From Clostridiaceae bacterium (GTDB taxonomy: Bacteria; Bacillota; Clostridia; Clostridiales; Clostridiaceae), in assembly GCA_041821285.1 (NCBI GenBank), contig JBGUER010000002.1:1-55734 (forward strand): a stretch of 55,734 nt of DNA, read 5' to 3'. Every line of letters starts with the position of its first letter. The stretch's first letter is position 1. This document shows positions 1 through 9,257 of the stretch, piece after piece. The translations under genes and the position numbers were made by a program. Below the pieces are notes generated by a model. That model was not told where the DNA came from and searched no databases. It was given only the letters and a program-made list of their open reading frames with translations.

Positions 1-204
1 TATAAAGGAAGAGTAGGAATCTATGAGATAATGGAAGTATCTCAAGAGTTAAGAAATTTAATGGATAAAAAAGCCCCAGAAATGGAAATAGAGAATCAGG
101 CAGAAAAACAAGGTATGACAGTACTTAGGAAGTCTTGCATTAAAAAGGTTATTCGTGGTATAACAACAGTAGATGAAATGTTAAGAGTTACTTATGGATA
201 TTAG
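1..204 (+). CDS. Type IV pilus/T2SS assembly ATPase (PilB/GspE family), C-terminal fragment; 5' end lies outside the window
   Basis: Frame-1 translation ...YKGRVGIYEIMEVSQELRNLMDKKAPEMEIENQAEKQGMTVLRKSCIKKVIRGITTVDEMLRVTYGY* matches the conserved C-terminus of GspE/PilB secretion ATPases (GRxGIYE motif). The stop is at 202-204 and pilC follows directly. Confidence 0.7.
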   Translation, partial: YKGRVGIYEIMEVSQELRNLMDKKAPEMEIENQAEKQGMTVLRKSCIKKVIRGITTVDEMLRVTYGY

Positions 205-233
205 ATAAATCAACATAAATAGGAGATAAAATC

Positions 234-1430
234 ATGAAAAAATTCCAATATAAAGCTTGGGATGAAAACTTCGAAATGGTAAAAGAAGTAATAGAAGAGC
301 AAGATATAAATTCTGCTAAGGAAATAATAAAGTCAAAAGGATATAGTTTAATAGACATTTCAGAAAAAAAGGGAATGGAAGATATAGCTATATTTAAAAG
401 AAAACTAAAGGACTCAGAGCTTTCTGAATTTTGTGGCCAAATGGCCATAATACTAGATGCGGGTGTTAATATATTAAAAGGACTTGAAGTTTTAGAAGAG
501 CAGATGGAAAATAAAAAAATGAAAGAAATAATAGGAACAGTCCATGAAGGTGTAAGACGTGGAAGAACACTTGGAAAATCTATGGAAGATTCAGGATATT
601 TTCCAAATCTTTTATGTGATATGGTGAATTCAGGTGAATTAAGTGGAGACATGGATACTATTCTTTTTAATATGGAAGGCTTTTATGAAAGAGAAGCAGC
701 TATAAAAAGTAAGATCGTTACAGCTTCTATTTATCCTATTATGCTTTTAGCTGTGGCATTTGGAATGGTTGTATTTTTTAATTTTTTCATATTTAAAGAA
801 CTTGAAGATTTATTTACTGATTCTGATAATCTTCCTTTTATTACAAAGGCTCTAATAGGATTTATGAATTTTTTCAATAGTAATATTGTGTATATTGTTA
901 TAGCTATTTTCTTAATAGTAATATTTATAAAATATTTAAAAACTTTAGATAAAGTAAAATATTTTTCGGATAAAACGGCTTTAAAAATTCCTGTTATAAG
1001 CAAAGTAAGGCTTTATCTTATAACTTCTAGATTTACAAGAAGTATGTCTATATTTATAAAATCGTCAGTTCCTATATTGAACTCTTTAGATAGTATAAAA
1101 ATGATAGTAGACAATCATTATATAGCAAAAAAAATAGAAAATATAAAAATAGAAATAATAAATGGAAGTTCTATAGCAGAAGGATTTGAGTCTCAGAAAT
1201 TCTTTGATCCGTTGGTAATTCAAATGATTAGAGTAGGGGAAGAATCTGGTAAATTAGAAGAAACTTTAATGAAATTAGCAGAAATATATGATAAAAAAAC
1301 TGAAAATAGTATAGGTAAGCTAATGGCTATGATAGAACCAGCTTTTACCATAGTAATAGGAGTTTTTGTAGCTATTATTATTTTAGCTATAGCTATGCCG
1401 GTTATGAATATGTCTAATTCATTAGGATAG
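234..1430 (+). CDS. pilC: Type IV pilus assembly platform protein PilC (GspF family)
   Basis: 398-aa ORF with a duplicated GspF-like domain architecture and three TM segments. It lies directly downstream of the PilB-like ATPase and upstream of the prepilins. Confidence 0.85.
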   Translation: MKKFQYKAWDENFEMVKEVIEEQDINSAKEIIKSKGYSLIDISEKKGMEDIAIFKRKLKDSELSEFCGQMAIILDAGVNILKGLEVLEEQMENKKMKEIIGTVHEGVRRGRTLGKSMEDSGYFPNLLCDMVNSGELSGDMDTILFNMEGFYEREAAIKSKIVTASIYPIMLLAVAFGMVVFFNFFIFKELEDLFTDSDNLPFITKALIGFMNFFNSNIVYIVIAIFLIVIFIKYLKTLDKVKYFSDKTALKIPVISKVRLYLITSRFTRSMSIFIKSSVPILNSLDSIKMIVDNHYIAKKIENIKIEIINGSSIAEGFESQKFFDPLVIQMIRVGEESGKLEETLMKLAEIYDKKTENSIGKLMAMIEPAFTIVIGVFVAIIILAIAMPVMNMSNSLG

Positions 1431-1438
1431 GTGATTTT

Positions 1439-1816
1439 ATGAAAAAAAATGGATTTACATATATAGAAGTTATGATTGCAGTTGGTATATTTTTCATTCT
1501 ATTTGTGGTTATAATGAGATTAGATTCAGAAGCTAATAAAAATATGAATAGACAAATAGCTAAGCAAAATATGATGCTTGAAGCGCAAAAACAAGTTGAG
1601 AAATTTAAAACTACCAATGCAAATATAGGAAGTTATTCTGATGATAATAATGATACTAACGATAGTTTCGAAAACATAGATAACTATTATGTAGCGCTAG
1701 ATAGTAAATTAGCAGGTAGCAGTGATATTTTATATGAAGTTACGGTTGTAGTTAGAAAAACAGCACAAGATAAAGAAAATGAAGTAATTCTTAAAACTCA
1801 TGTGTTGAAAGATTAA
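1439..1816 (+). CDS. Type IV prepilin (class III signal peptide, G|FTYIE)
   Basis: N-terminus MKKNGFTYIEVMIAVGIFFILF has a prepilin peptidase site after Gly, Phe at +1, Glu at +5 and a hydrophobic helix. The RBS ggtga lies upstream. Confidence 0.75.
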   Translation: MKKNGFTYIEVMIAVGIFFILFVVIMRLDSEANKNMNRQIAKQNMMLEAQKQVEKFKTTNANIGSYSDDNNDTNDSFENIDNYYVALDSKLAGSSDILYEVTVVVRKTAQDKENEVILKTHVLKD

Positions 1817-1825
1817 GGTGATTAT

Positions 1826-2224
1826 ATGAAAAAAAGAGGATTTACATTATTAGAACTTATGATAGCACTTGGCATATTTATGTTGTTTTCCGTATATATG
1901 TTTCAAGCTTTTAATCTTCAAACTAGGCAAACTTTTAGGTTTAATAATAATATAGAACTTCAATATAACGTTAATAAAGCGATGAATATGATTACTGATG
2001 ATTTAAGAAACAATCTTAGCCAGAACTTAACTGATGTTACTTTTGATTCAACAAATCAAACGCTAACAGATTCAGATGGAATTGTTTGTAATTATATTAT
2101 AAATATAAATATAGTTAAAGGTGATTCTTCTGATAATGAAGATGAGCTTGTAAATATAATTGTTAATGGAAAAAAAGATGATACAGAATATACAAGCACT
2201 ACCTCAATAAATATAAATAAATGA
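1826..2224 (+). CDS. Type IV prepilin / pseudopilin (G|FTLLE)
   Basis: N-terminus MKKRGFTLLELMIALGIFMLF is a canonical prepilin cleavage and methylation motif. It is the second pilin in tandem. Confidence 0.75.
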   Translation: MKKRGFTLLELMIALGIFMLFSVYMFQAFNLQTRQTFRFNNNIELQYNVNKAMNMITDDLRNNLSQNLTDVTFDSTNQTLTDSDGIVCNYIININIVKGDSSDNEDELVNIIVNGKKDDTEYTSTTSININK

Positions 2225-2238
2225 AGTGAGGATTTTGC

Positions 2239-2721
2239 ATGGGTGGTAAAATGAAAAAGAAAGGTTCTGCAGTTTTAGTAGTTATAATAATAATGATGGT
2301 AGCTTTTTTAATGGCTGCTTATATGATAAAAATCAGTTTAAAGACCAATAAAATATCTGAAAATAATGTGAATACAACTAAAGCTTACTATAGTGCAGAA
2401 ACAGGAGTATATGATTTTATAGATTACATAAAAAATGAAAATCTTAATGTATCTCAAGGAACAAATATTAAAAATTTATATAATAATGGTGGGTTATATG
2501 AAGATGCAATGTCTTATTACAGTGCAACTCTTCAAGACAATATTACTGTAACTGAATCAGGAACTCTTCGAACTTGTACATTTTCTATATATTCAGAAGG
2601 TACATATGGCACACAAAATTATATCATTATAGTAAATGCATCAATTATATATGATAATACAACTGGAAGTTATGAATATTCTTCTTATAAGATAAATAGA
2701 AAAATAGTATATAAGGCATAG
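2239..2721 (+). CDS. Hypothetical pilus-associated protein with an N-terminal TM segment (possible non-canonical minor pilin, PilX-like)
   Basis: 160-aa ORF with N-terminus MKKKGSAVLVVIIIMMVAFLMAAY. It has a Gly followed by a hydrophobic helix but no Glu at +5. It sits inside the pilus operon, with an RBS gtgagga 6 nt upstream. The alternative start at 2251 is equally possible. Confidence 0.35.
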   Translation: MGGKMKKKGSAVLVVIIIMMVAFLMAAYMIKISLKTNKISENNVNTTKAYYSAETGVYDFIDYIKNENLNVSQGTNIKNLYNNGGLYEDAMSYYSATLQDNITVTESGTLRTCTFSIYSEGTYGTQNYIIIVNASIIYDNTTGSYEYSSYKINRKIVYKA

Positions 2722-4215
2722 ATGGGAAGTGAAAAAATGAATAGACTTATTTTTAATGTAAATGAAGATAGTATTGAGATAGTAGAAGTTTCTAATTTTT
2801 TTAAAAAGAAAAAAATAAAAAAGATAGTAAACATGGAACTAGTTCCATCTAAAATTAGTGGGATTGTATATAATTCTAAAGAAAATCAAGTTAATCTTAA
2901 TATGTATCTTAAAAAGAATAAGATAAAAGAAAAAAAAGTTGAACTTATTTTTTCGCTAGATGGTGCCATTACAAGGGTTGTAGAAGTGCCTTATATGAAA
3001 GAAAAAGATTTAAAAAATTATATTAAAAATAATATAAGAGATTATTTCACTGTTAATACTGAAGAATATTTTTTTGATTATAAAATAACAAAAATTATAG
3101 AGGGCGAGAAAAAGCAATTTAAATTGCTTCTAACAGCATTCCCTAAAGACAAATTAAACGATATAAAACAATTAATAGAAGGCTGTAATTTTAATATTAT
3201 ATCAATTGGTATATATCCTGATTGTGTTTCTAAAATATTTAACAGTTATGAAGAGAGCGGAATTGCAGTTATTGATGCGGGAAACAAAAAATGCAGTATA
3301 ACCGTTTTAGATAAAGGTGATATTTTTGTTTATTCAGTGCTTCCATTTGATTTAAATGATGAAAATAATTATGATGAAATAATAACTAATATAAATTATT
3401 TTTTGGATTTTTATGCTTCTAGACATTTTGGAAACAAAATAGATAAGATTCTATTTTTAGGTGAGTCTAATGATAAAAAAGAATTTATGGATTATTTATA
3501 TGAAAATGTTGAAGGTAATATAGAAAGAAATCTAGATGAATTTGAAATTAATATAAATATGCCAATTGATACAAAAGAAGAAAATTATATAGAAGTATTA
3601 GGTCATTTAATAAATAATAAAAACATATACAATAAAAAAATAGACTTTAAATTTGATTTTAGAAGTGAATTTAAAAATATTAAGGAAAAAAGTAAAAATC
3701 AACAGATGTGGGTTGTAACTTCAGGAATACTTATTGTATTGATTTGTGTATTTGGATATTCATATAAATTTTATAATTTAAATCAAGAGTTGAAAAGTTA
3801 TAGCGATACTTCAGATATAGTTGTAGATGATTATGATTATAATTCAGATATAGAAACATTAAATAGTGAAATATTAATTTACAAGGTTACAGAAGACTAT
3901 ATAAATGAAATAAAAAAAGATGATTTTGATTTTCTTGCTATTTTAGATGGTTTGAAAGATAGTATGCCCAAAGCCGTTTCTATTAATTTACTTAGCATGA
4001 ATAAAACAAATGTAGATATAACTATAAATATTGCAGAATCTACTTTAGATATTGCAGATGCTATTATTGCAGTAAATAATATGGAAATGTTTGAAAATTA
4101 TGATATAGAATCAGTCCGTTTAGATGATTCTGATACAGAAGCTTCTTTTAGCTTAATTCTTAAGACTTCAGATGTAGATGTTAATACAAGTGAGGATGGT
4201 AATTTAGATGAATAA
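2722..4215 (+). CDS. Fused PilM-PilN type IV pilus assembly protein (actin-like ATPase domain, then TM segment and PilN-like periplasmic domain)
   Basis: 497-aa ORF. The N-terminal ~320 aa are soluble. A single TM helix follows (WVVTSGILIVLICVFGYSY, ~aa 330-350) and then an acidic periplasmic tail. It lies between the pilins and the PilO-like ORF, as in clostridial pilMN. An alternative start at 2737 (MNRLIF) is preceded by ggaagtg. Confidence 0.6.
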   Translation: MGSEKMNRLIFNVNEDSIEIVEVSNFFKKKKIKKIVNMELVPSKISGIVYNSKENQVNLNMYLKKNKIKEKKVELIFSLDGAITRVVEVPYMKEKDLKNYIKNNIRDYFTVNTEEYFFDYKITKIIEGEKKQFKLLLTAFPKDKLNDIKQLIEGCNFNIISIGIYPDCVSKIFNSYEESGIAVIDAGNKKCSITVLDKGDIFVYSVLPFDLNDENNYDEIITNINYFLDFYASRHFGNKIDKILFLGESNDKKEFMDYLYENVEGNIERNLDEFEININMPIDTKEENYIEVLGHLINNKNIYNKKIDFKFDFRSEFKNIKEKSKNQQMWVVTSGILIVLICVFGYSYKFYNLNQELKSYSDTSDIVVDDYDYNSDIETLNSEILIYKVTEDYINEIKKDDFDFLAILDGLKDSMPKAVSINLLSMNKTNVDITINIAESTLDIADAIIAVNNMEMFENYDIESVRLDDSDTEASFSLILKTSDVDVNTSEDGNLDE

Positions 4216-4993
4216 AAAGAAGGTTGAAATACTTGTTTTTGTATTAATAGTATTTGTAGCAATAAATTATGGCGTATATAATTATGTCCTTTTGCCATAT
4301 GAAGACAAAGTAGTTGAAGCGAAAGAAGCATATCAAGCAAAAATATTATTACAAGAACAAAAGGAAAATGAAAAAGCAGAATATGAATCATTAAAAGCAG
4401 AATTAGAAGAGATGGCAAATTATCCTGCTGAATTAGATGAGCTAACAGCTGAAGCTATAGATACTCCTCAGCTTATTTATGACTTTTATAATTATTGCAA
4501 GAAATATGAAGTTAATGGAGGAGAACTTGTTTTTGATTTAGCAGGAGTTCAATTACAATCAGAAAATGGAGAATTGTCTTCAGTAAATCAGGAAGAGCAG
4601 GAAACTAAAAAAGTTTTAAAAATGACTATAGGATTAACTGCAGATGGTGAAACAGCAAAAATGGATAAATTCTTGAGGAATCTAAATTCTATTACTGATA
4701 GAAAAATAAATGTGTTTTCTATAGAATTAACAGCAGATACTACAGAAAGTGTTGTTTTATTACCAGATGATTTAGTAAATACTGAACCAGAATATGATGA
4801 AGATGGGAATCCAGTATCTCAGGACCTAACGGATATAGAATTGCCTGATTCTGAAGTGACAAAAAATCTCGAGGCAAATATAGTTTTTTACCAATATATT
4901 ATGTTGGATAGTGAACAAGCAGATAAATTAAAAACCTATGATTTTTATCATGAAGATATAGGATTTGATAGTATAGAAGATTTGTTTAACTAA
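4208..4993 (+). CDS. pilO: PilO-like type IV pilus assembly protein
   Basis: 261-aa ORF with an N-terminal TM (ILVFVLIVFVAINYGVY), a coiled-coil region and a C-terminal domain. It overlaps pilMN by 8 nt, which indicates translational coupling. Confidence 0.5.
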   Translation: MNKKKVEILVFVLIVFVAINYGVYNYVLLPYEDKVVEAKEAYQAKILLQEQKENEKAEYESLKAELEEMANYPAELDELTAEAIDTPQLIYDFYNYCKKYEVNGGELVFDLAGVQLQSENGELSSVNQEEQETKKVLKMTIGLTADGETAKMDKFLRNLNSITDRKINVFSIELTADTTESVVLLPDDLVNTEPEYDEDGNPVSQDLTDIELPDSEVTKNLEANIVFYQYIMLDSEQADKLKTYDFYHEDIGFDSIEDLFN

Positions 4994-5021
4994 AATATGT
5001 GAGGATAATATAATAGGAAAT

Positions 5022-5070
5022 AGACTATCTCGCCATAGAAATAAATTTATGGTGAGATAGCTTTATTTTA
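5022..5070. terminator. Bidirectional rho-independent terminator between convergent pilO and hcp
   Basis: Inverted repeat ctatctcgccat (5025-5036) / atggtgagatag (5049-5060), 12 bp with one G:U pair. It is flanked by A- and T-runs on both sides. Confidence 0.7.
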
Positions 5071-6714
5071 TTTACAAGTTAATATTCTTTGTAAGTCCTC
5101 ATCTGGTGTGGATATTGGTTTTATTCCAAACTTATCAACAAGAACCTGCAAAACATTTGGAGTAATAAAAGCTGGAAGAGTTGGTCCTAATCTGATATCC
5201 TTTATTCCTAGTGAAAGAAGTGTTAAAAGAATAGCTACAGCCTTTTGTTCATACCATGACAATATAAAAGAAAGAGGTAATTCATTTACATTGCATTTAA
5301 AAGCTTCGGCTAAAGCTAGGGCTATTTGAATAGCAGAGTAGGAGTCATTACATTGGCCTACATCTAAAACTCTAGGAAGACCTTCTAATGTTCCTAAATC
5401 TAACTTGTTAAATCTAAATTTACCACAGGCTAGAGTTAATATTATAGTGTCTTTTGGAGTTTTTTCTGCAAATTCTGTGTAGTAATTTCTTCCGGGTCTA
5501 GCTCCATCACAACCGCCTATTAAGAAAAAGTGTTTTATTTTACCTTGCTTTACTAAAGAAACTATTTTATCTGCGTGTGATAAAACTGCCTTATGACCGA
5601 AACCTACCATGATTTTTTTGTCAGGTTCATCTTCTTTGAATCCGCCAAGTTCTAAAGCCTTAGTAATAATTGGAGTAAAATCTTTTTCGCCATTTACTTC
5701 ATCTATGTGAGGGCTATCTGGAAAACCTACTATGCTAGTGGTGAATAATCTGTCTTTATAACTATCCCTAGGTTTTTGTAAACAATTCGTAGTCATTAAA
5801 ATGCAGCCTGGAATATTATCGAATTCTTCTTGTTGTTTTTGCCAAGCACCTCCGAAATTACCAACTAAATGAGGATATTTATTAAGTTCAGGATAACCAT
5901 TTGCAGGAAGCATTTCTCCATGTGTGTATATGTTTATTCCCTTTCCTTGTGTTTGGTCAAGAAGCATTTTTAAATCGTTAAGGTCATGTCCTGATACTAT
6001 AATAAATGGACCTTTTTTTCTTGTTATAGAAACTTCCGTAGGAGTAGGGTCTTTAAATTTACCGGAGTTTGCTAAATATAATATTTCCATAGCTTTATAA
6101 TTAGTTCTTCCAAGTTCCATATTTAAATTGAAATAGTCTTCCACTGTCATATTTTTGCTTAATGTAGCGTTAAGAGCTCTATAGAAGAAAAAATAAACTT
6201 CATCGTCATGTTTATCTAAAATATAACTGTGATGAGCGTAAGCTGCCATACCTTTCATGGCATAAATAAGAAGTTCCCTTAAAGATCTTATGTCCATATC
6301 AAGAGACTCATCTGCCATAGGGGAAAATTTCTTTGAATCTTTTAAAATATCTTCAATGGTAGTAGGGGCCATATAGTCTGCACCTTCTGGACAATTTTTG
6401 CAGTCAATTAAACCCATAAGTTCTTTTTTGAATTCATTGGCTTTGTTAATGTAACATAAAAAATTATTTTCGTCGAAATTAACATTAGTAAGAGTTGAAA
6501 ACATAGCGTCTACAACGAACTTGTTTAATTTCGGATTAACTTTTTCGTTTTTTTTGATTAATTCTTCTGCAAAATAGCCGATACCTTTTAGTTGATGGAT
6601 TAATACATCTTGAAGGTTAGCGACTTTGGAGTTTTTACCACAAACACCAGATTTAACGCAGCCTTTGCCTCCTAGAGTTTGTTCGCATTGGTAACAAAAC
6701 ATTTCATTTTCCAT
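5068..6714 (-). CDS. hcp: Hydroxylamine reductase / hybrid-cluster protein Hcp
   Basis: N-terminus MFCYQCEQTLGGKGCVKSGVCGK is the signature Cys cluster of HCP. At 548 aa the length is typical. RBS agaggtg lies upstream. The start may be the Met at 6702 (MFCYQ...) rather than 6714. Confidence 0.9.
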   Translation of the reverse strand: MENEMFCYQCEQTLGGKGCVKSGVCGKNSKVANLQDVLIHQLKGIGYFAEELIKKNEKVNPKLNKFVVDAMFSTLTNVNFDENNFLCYINKANEFKKELMGLIDCKNCPEGADYMAPTTIEDILKDSKKFSPMADESLDMDIRSLRELLIYAMKGMAAYAHHSYILDKHDDEVYFFFYRALNATLSKNMTVEDYFNLNMELGRTNYKAMEILYLANSGKFKDPTPTEVSITRKKGPFIIVSGHDLNDLKMLLDQTQGKGINIYTHGEMLPANGYPELNKYPHLVGNFGGAWQKQQEEFDNIPGCILMTTNCLQKPRDSYKDRLFTTSIVGFPDSPHIDEVNGEKDFTPIITKALELGGFKEDEPDKKIMVGFGHKAVLSHADKIVSLVKQGKIKHFFLIGGCDGARPGRNYYTEFAEKTPKDTIILTLACGKFRFNKLDLGTLEGLPRVLDVGQCNDSYSAIQIALALAEAFKCNVNELPLSFILSWYEQKAVAILLTLLSLGIKDIRLGPTLPAFITPNVLQVLVDKFGIKPISTPDEDLQRILTCK

Positions 6715-7073
6715 ATAAACACCTCTATTTTAAATTTATTCTTTGATATTTTGCCCTATTTTTAAATATATATTTACAAAAAAACAAAAATAATGATTAT
6801 TATTTAAAAAAAACTATTTACAAATAAAAATTTGTGTGATATTCTATATACATAGAAAGACAATCAGTACAACATAAAGAGTTAGTTCCAAAATATTATT
6901 TATTTGAATATAGTAATAGAAAGGGGATAGACCGATGTACAGTTTAAACTTTTTAGAGGCTAGTAGAATATAAAAGAAGAGATTATACGATTTTTAAAAT
7001 CAATAATAAAGGATAGATCCTTAGATTTAAATATCTACTAAAATAAAAAAATAAAATTGAATATAGAGAAAAT

Positions 7074-7108
7074 AAGCTAGGAGTAAATCCTAGCTTATTT
7101 TATTTTTT
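7074..7108. terminator. Rho-independent terminator hairpin (aagctagg/cctagctt) with T-run. It most likely terminates the MFS gene transcript on the minus strand and insulates the hcp promoter region
   Basis: 8-bp GC-containing stem 7074-7081/7089-7096 with a 7-nt loop. The plus-strand T-tract is attttatttttt. A T-rich tract is also present on the minus strand. Confidence 0.55.
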
Positions 7109-7210
7109 ATAATAATATTAAGGTTGATTATGCAATTTTCTTAACAAATGTGCACAATTAATTAAATCTTATAAAAAAATGTTAAACATTCATTATTTTT
7201 ATAAGATGAA

Positions 7211-8437
7211 TTAATGAGAATTGTGCAATTTTCTTAACAGAAAAGCGAAGCTTCCGGCGAATCTAAAAAATGAGCAAACAATAAGTGCCATGTAAATGGA
7301 ACTATGAGACAAAATAACTTGTCCAAATAAAGGGGCTATAGTTTGAGTAAGTGCTAATGTTGTTGCATGAATTCCTATATAAAATAATCTATTTTGTTGA
7401 GGGCATACTTCTAATAATCCACTTAAAATAACGGTAATAGTTCCAGCAGTAAAAAAACCTGTCAATATCATTACGGATGTGAGGATGTGAAGATTTATTG
7501 ATAGTATATGAAGTATTGGAGTAAGTGCCATGCCGAATGTTGCTAAAACTAAAACAAAAGAAGTGCCACGTTTTTTTATTAATTTACTCCAGAAATTAAA
7601 TGAAAAAAACATAACAATAGAAGATGAAACATTTATTATTGTAAGCCATGTTTCGTTAGCATGGAGGTAATTTATTTTATATATACTAAAAAGGGGCCAA
7701 CCCATTTGCCATCCGAAGTGAAATATAAGAGAACAAGATAGAAAAAGAGTGAATTTTTTATTTTTAAAACAATTACTAAATTGAAATGATAAGTCCTTCC
7801 ATGAAATTTTATCTATTGTAACCTTTGTTACTTCTTTTAATTTCATAAAAGTTGATATTTCTATTAAACCTACTATAAATGCGAAAACAAAAAATATTTG
7901 ATATAACATAATAGATTTGCTATTTGTGGTTCCAAATTGATTAAATAATACGCCTAAAGTAATGGATGTTATAACATTAAAAAGTGTAGAATATTTATTC
8001 CTATTTGAAATAGCTGTTGGTCTATCATTTTTAGAAAAAATATCTCCAGAAAAACTTTGAAGTGCCATTACAGATAGAGATTCTGGAATATTCATAAGTG
8101 CAAAGAGAATAATAAAAGTAAGTGCTCTGTATTTAGCAGGGGCAAATGGTACAAAAGCGTAAAGTAAAACTATGCTCCTACTTATCAAGAAAAATAAACT
8201 CATAGTTTTCTTTTTATTTAGACTTCTACTCATAATAACAAGTCCAGGAATGATACTGAAAAATCCCATTAATCCTGGCAAAGAATTATATAGGGATATA
8301 TCAAGAGGAGTGCCTCCTATTCTTATTATAAATTTATCTGCAAATGATTTATATAAGCAAGTCATAATGGTAAAAAAAATTCCGTTAGCTATATAAAATT
8401 TCATGTTATTATCTATTTTGTTAAGTGATTTTTTCAT
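7211..8437 (-). CDS. MFS-type membrane transporter (about 12 TM helices), substrate unknown
   Basis: Highly hydrophobic ORF of about 408 aa with multiple predicted TM helices. The track ORF runs to 8458, but RBS gaagg precedes the internal Met (MKKSLNK) at 8437. Confidence 0.6.
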   Translation of the reverse strand: MKKSLNKIDNNMKFYIANGIFFTIMTCLYKSFADKFIIRIGGTPLDISLYNSLPGLMGFFSIIPGLVIMSRSLNKKKTMSLFFLISRSIVLLYAFVPFAPAKYRALTFIILFALMNIPESLSVMALQSFSGDIFSKNDRPTAISNRNKYSTLFNVITSITLGVLFNQFGTTNSKSIMLYQIFFVFAFIVGLIEISTFMKLKEVTKVTIDKISWKDLSFQFSNCFKNKKFTLFLSCSLIFHFGWQMGWPLFSIYKINYLHANETWLTIINVSSSIVMFFSFNFWSKLIKKRGTSFVLVLATFGMALTPILHILSINLHILTSVMILTGFFTAGTITVILSGLLEVCPQQNRLFYIGIHATTLALTQTIAPLFGQVILSHSSIYMALIVCSFFRFAGSFAFLLRKLHNSH

Positions 8438-8494
8438 ATATATATACCTTCTTATCATAAGTTCATTAATATATTAACTCTTATTTATAAATAA

Positions 8495-8728
8495 AACAAT
8501 ATTAATGAAAAATTATATGGAAAAGGTATAAAAAATGTTGTTAGAAAATTTCATCATTCAGCACATTTAGGTGCTGGAGATCAAATTGAAGTATACAAAC
8601 ATCCGCTTTTACTAGAGAGGGAGACTGTTAGACTTTATGAAAATTTTTTAGTTGAAACAAAGGATGATAGTGAAAAAAGAGTTTTAGAAATTTTGATTAA
8701 TGAAGAAAAAGGTAATGTAGAATTTTAA
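8495..8728 (+). pseudogene. Start-less ORF remnant (about 77 codons, no ATG/GTG/TTG in frame) followed by its own terminator. It is probably the 3' fragment of a decayed gene
   Basis: Open frame ...EKLYGKGIKNVVRKFHHSAHLGAGDQIEVYKHPLLLERETVRLYENFLVETKDDSEKRVLEILINEEKGNVEF* has protein-like composition. The stop is at 8726-8728 and a strong terminator lies 28 nt downstream. No initiation codon is in frame after the upstream stop at 8492. Confidence 0.3.
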
Positions 8729-8755
8729 AAATAACAGAAAAATATTAAAAAAATA

Positions 8756-8805
8756 AGCAACCAGAATTTCTAATAAAATTTAAGAAATTCTGGTTGCTAT
8801 TTTTC
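8756..8805 (+). terminator. Rho-independent terminator (15-bp perfect stem)
   Basis: agcaaccagaatttc (8756-8770) pairs with gaaattctggttgct (8784-8798), followed by atttttc. Confidence 0.75.
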
Positions 8806-9257
8806 TAGTTCTTCTTTCAATAAATTACACCGTAACATGGTTTCTAAAAAATACTAAGTACTTTTAGAAAATTCTCAATGTTTTGGCGGACTCACCTCTT
8901 TCAACGTATACTCACCGTTAATAAATAATTATAAATACCTCACTTTCTGTAACGGTTGTTAATAAATAATGTATTATTTATCTTGTACTAATTATATCAA
9001 CAAAACATAGGAGTGTCAACAACAATTATTAATTAATACCAATGAAAATCGTTATAAAATTTAGAAGATTAAAAAACATTCTAGGCTTTTATTATTTATT
9101 GGATCAGATTCTATAGTAGTTACTATAGAAATTTCTTCGGAATTTTCAACTTCTTCTTTATTATATTATGTATATAAATTTAAAAAATCAATTTTATATT
9201 ACCATTGAAAATAACAGGTATATAAGATATATTGTATAGAGAACAGGAGATGATTAA

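Noticed and set aside
188-652. 154-aa minus-strand ORF overlapping pilC, and similar antisense ORFs inside other genes (731-1003, 1414-1617, 4098-4418, 5108-5329, 8172-8396, 9353-9748, 13081-13269, 15430-15966, 21480-21668, 28169-28893, 31286-31558, 34053-34451, 44604-44963, 46855-47112, 51729-51920, 54892-55122 and others)
   Set aside because: They lie wholly inside well-supported genes on the opposite strand or in other frames. They have low-complexity, Ile/Leu/Phe/Ser-rich translations typical of AT-rich antisense frames and lack RBSs. They are treated as spurious.
6763-6776. Perfect palindrome taaatatatattta in the hcp upstream region as a possible NsrR/HcpR site
   Set aside because: It is pure AT and short. 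Such palindromes arise by chance in a roughly 28% GC genome, and it does not resemble the CRP/FNR-type TTGTGA...TCACAA HcpR box.
9000-9100. Small plus-strand ORF (MKIVIKFRRLKNILGFYYLLDQIL, 24 aa) and minus-strand 13-aa ORF in the MATE upstream region
   Set aside because: There are no properly spaced RBSs and the peptides are low-complexity. Translation is unlikely, although the region as a whole is flagged in the findings.
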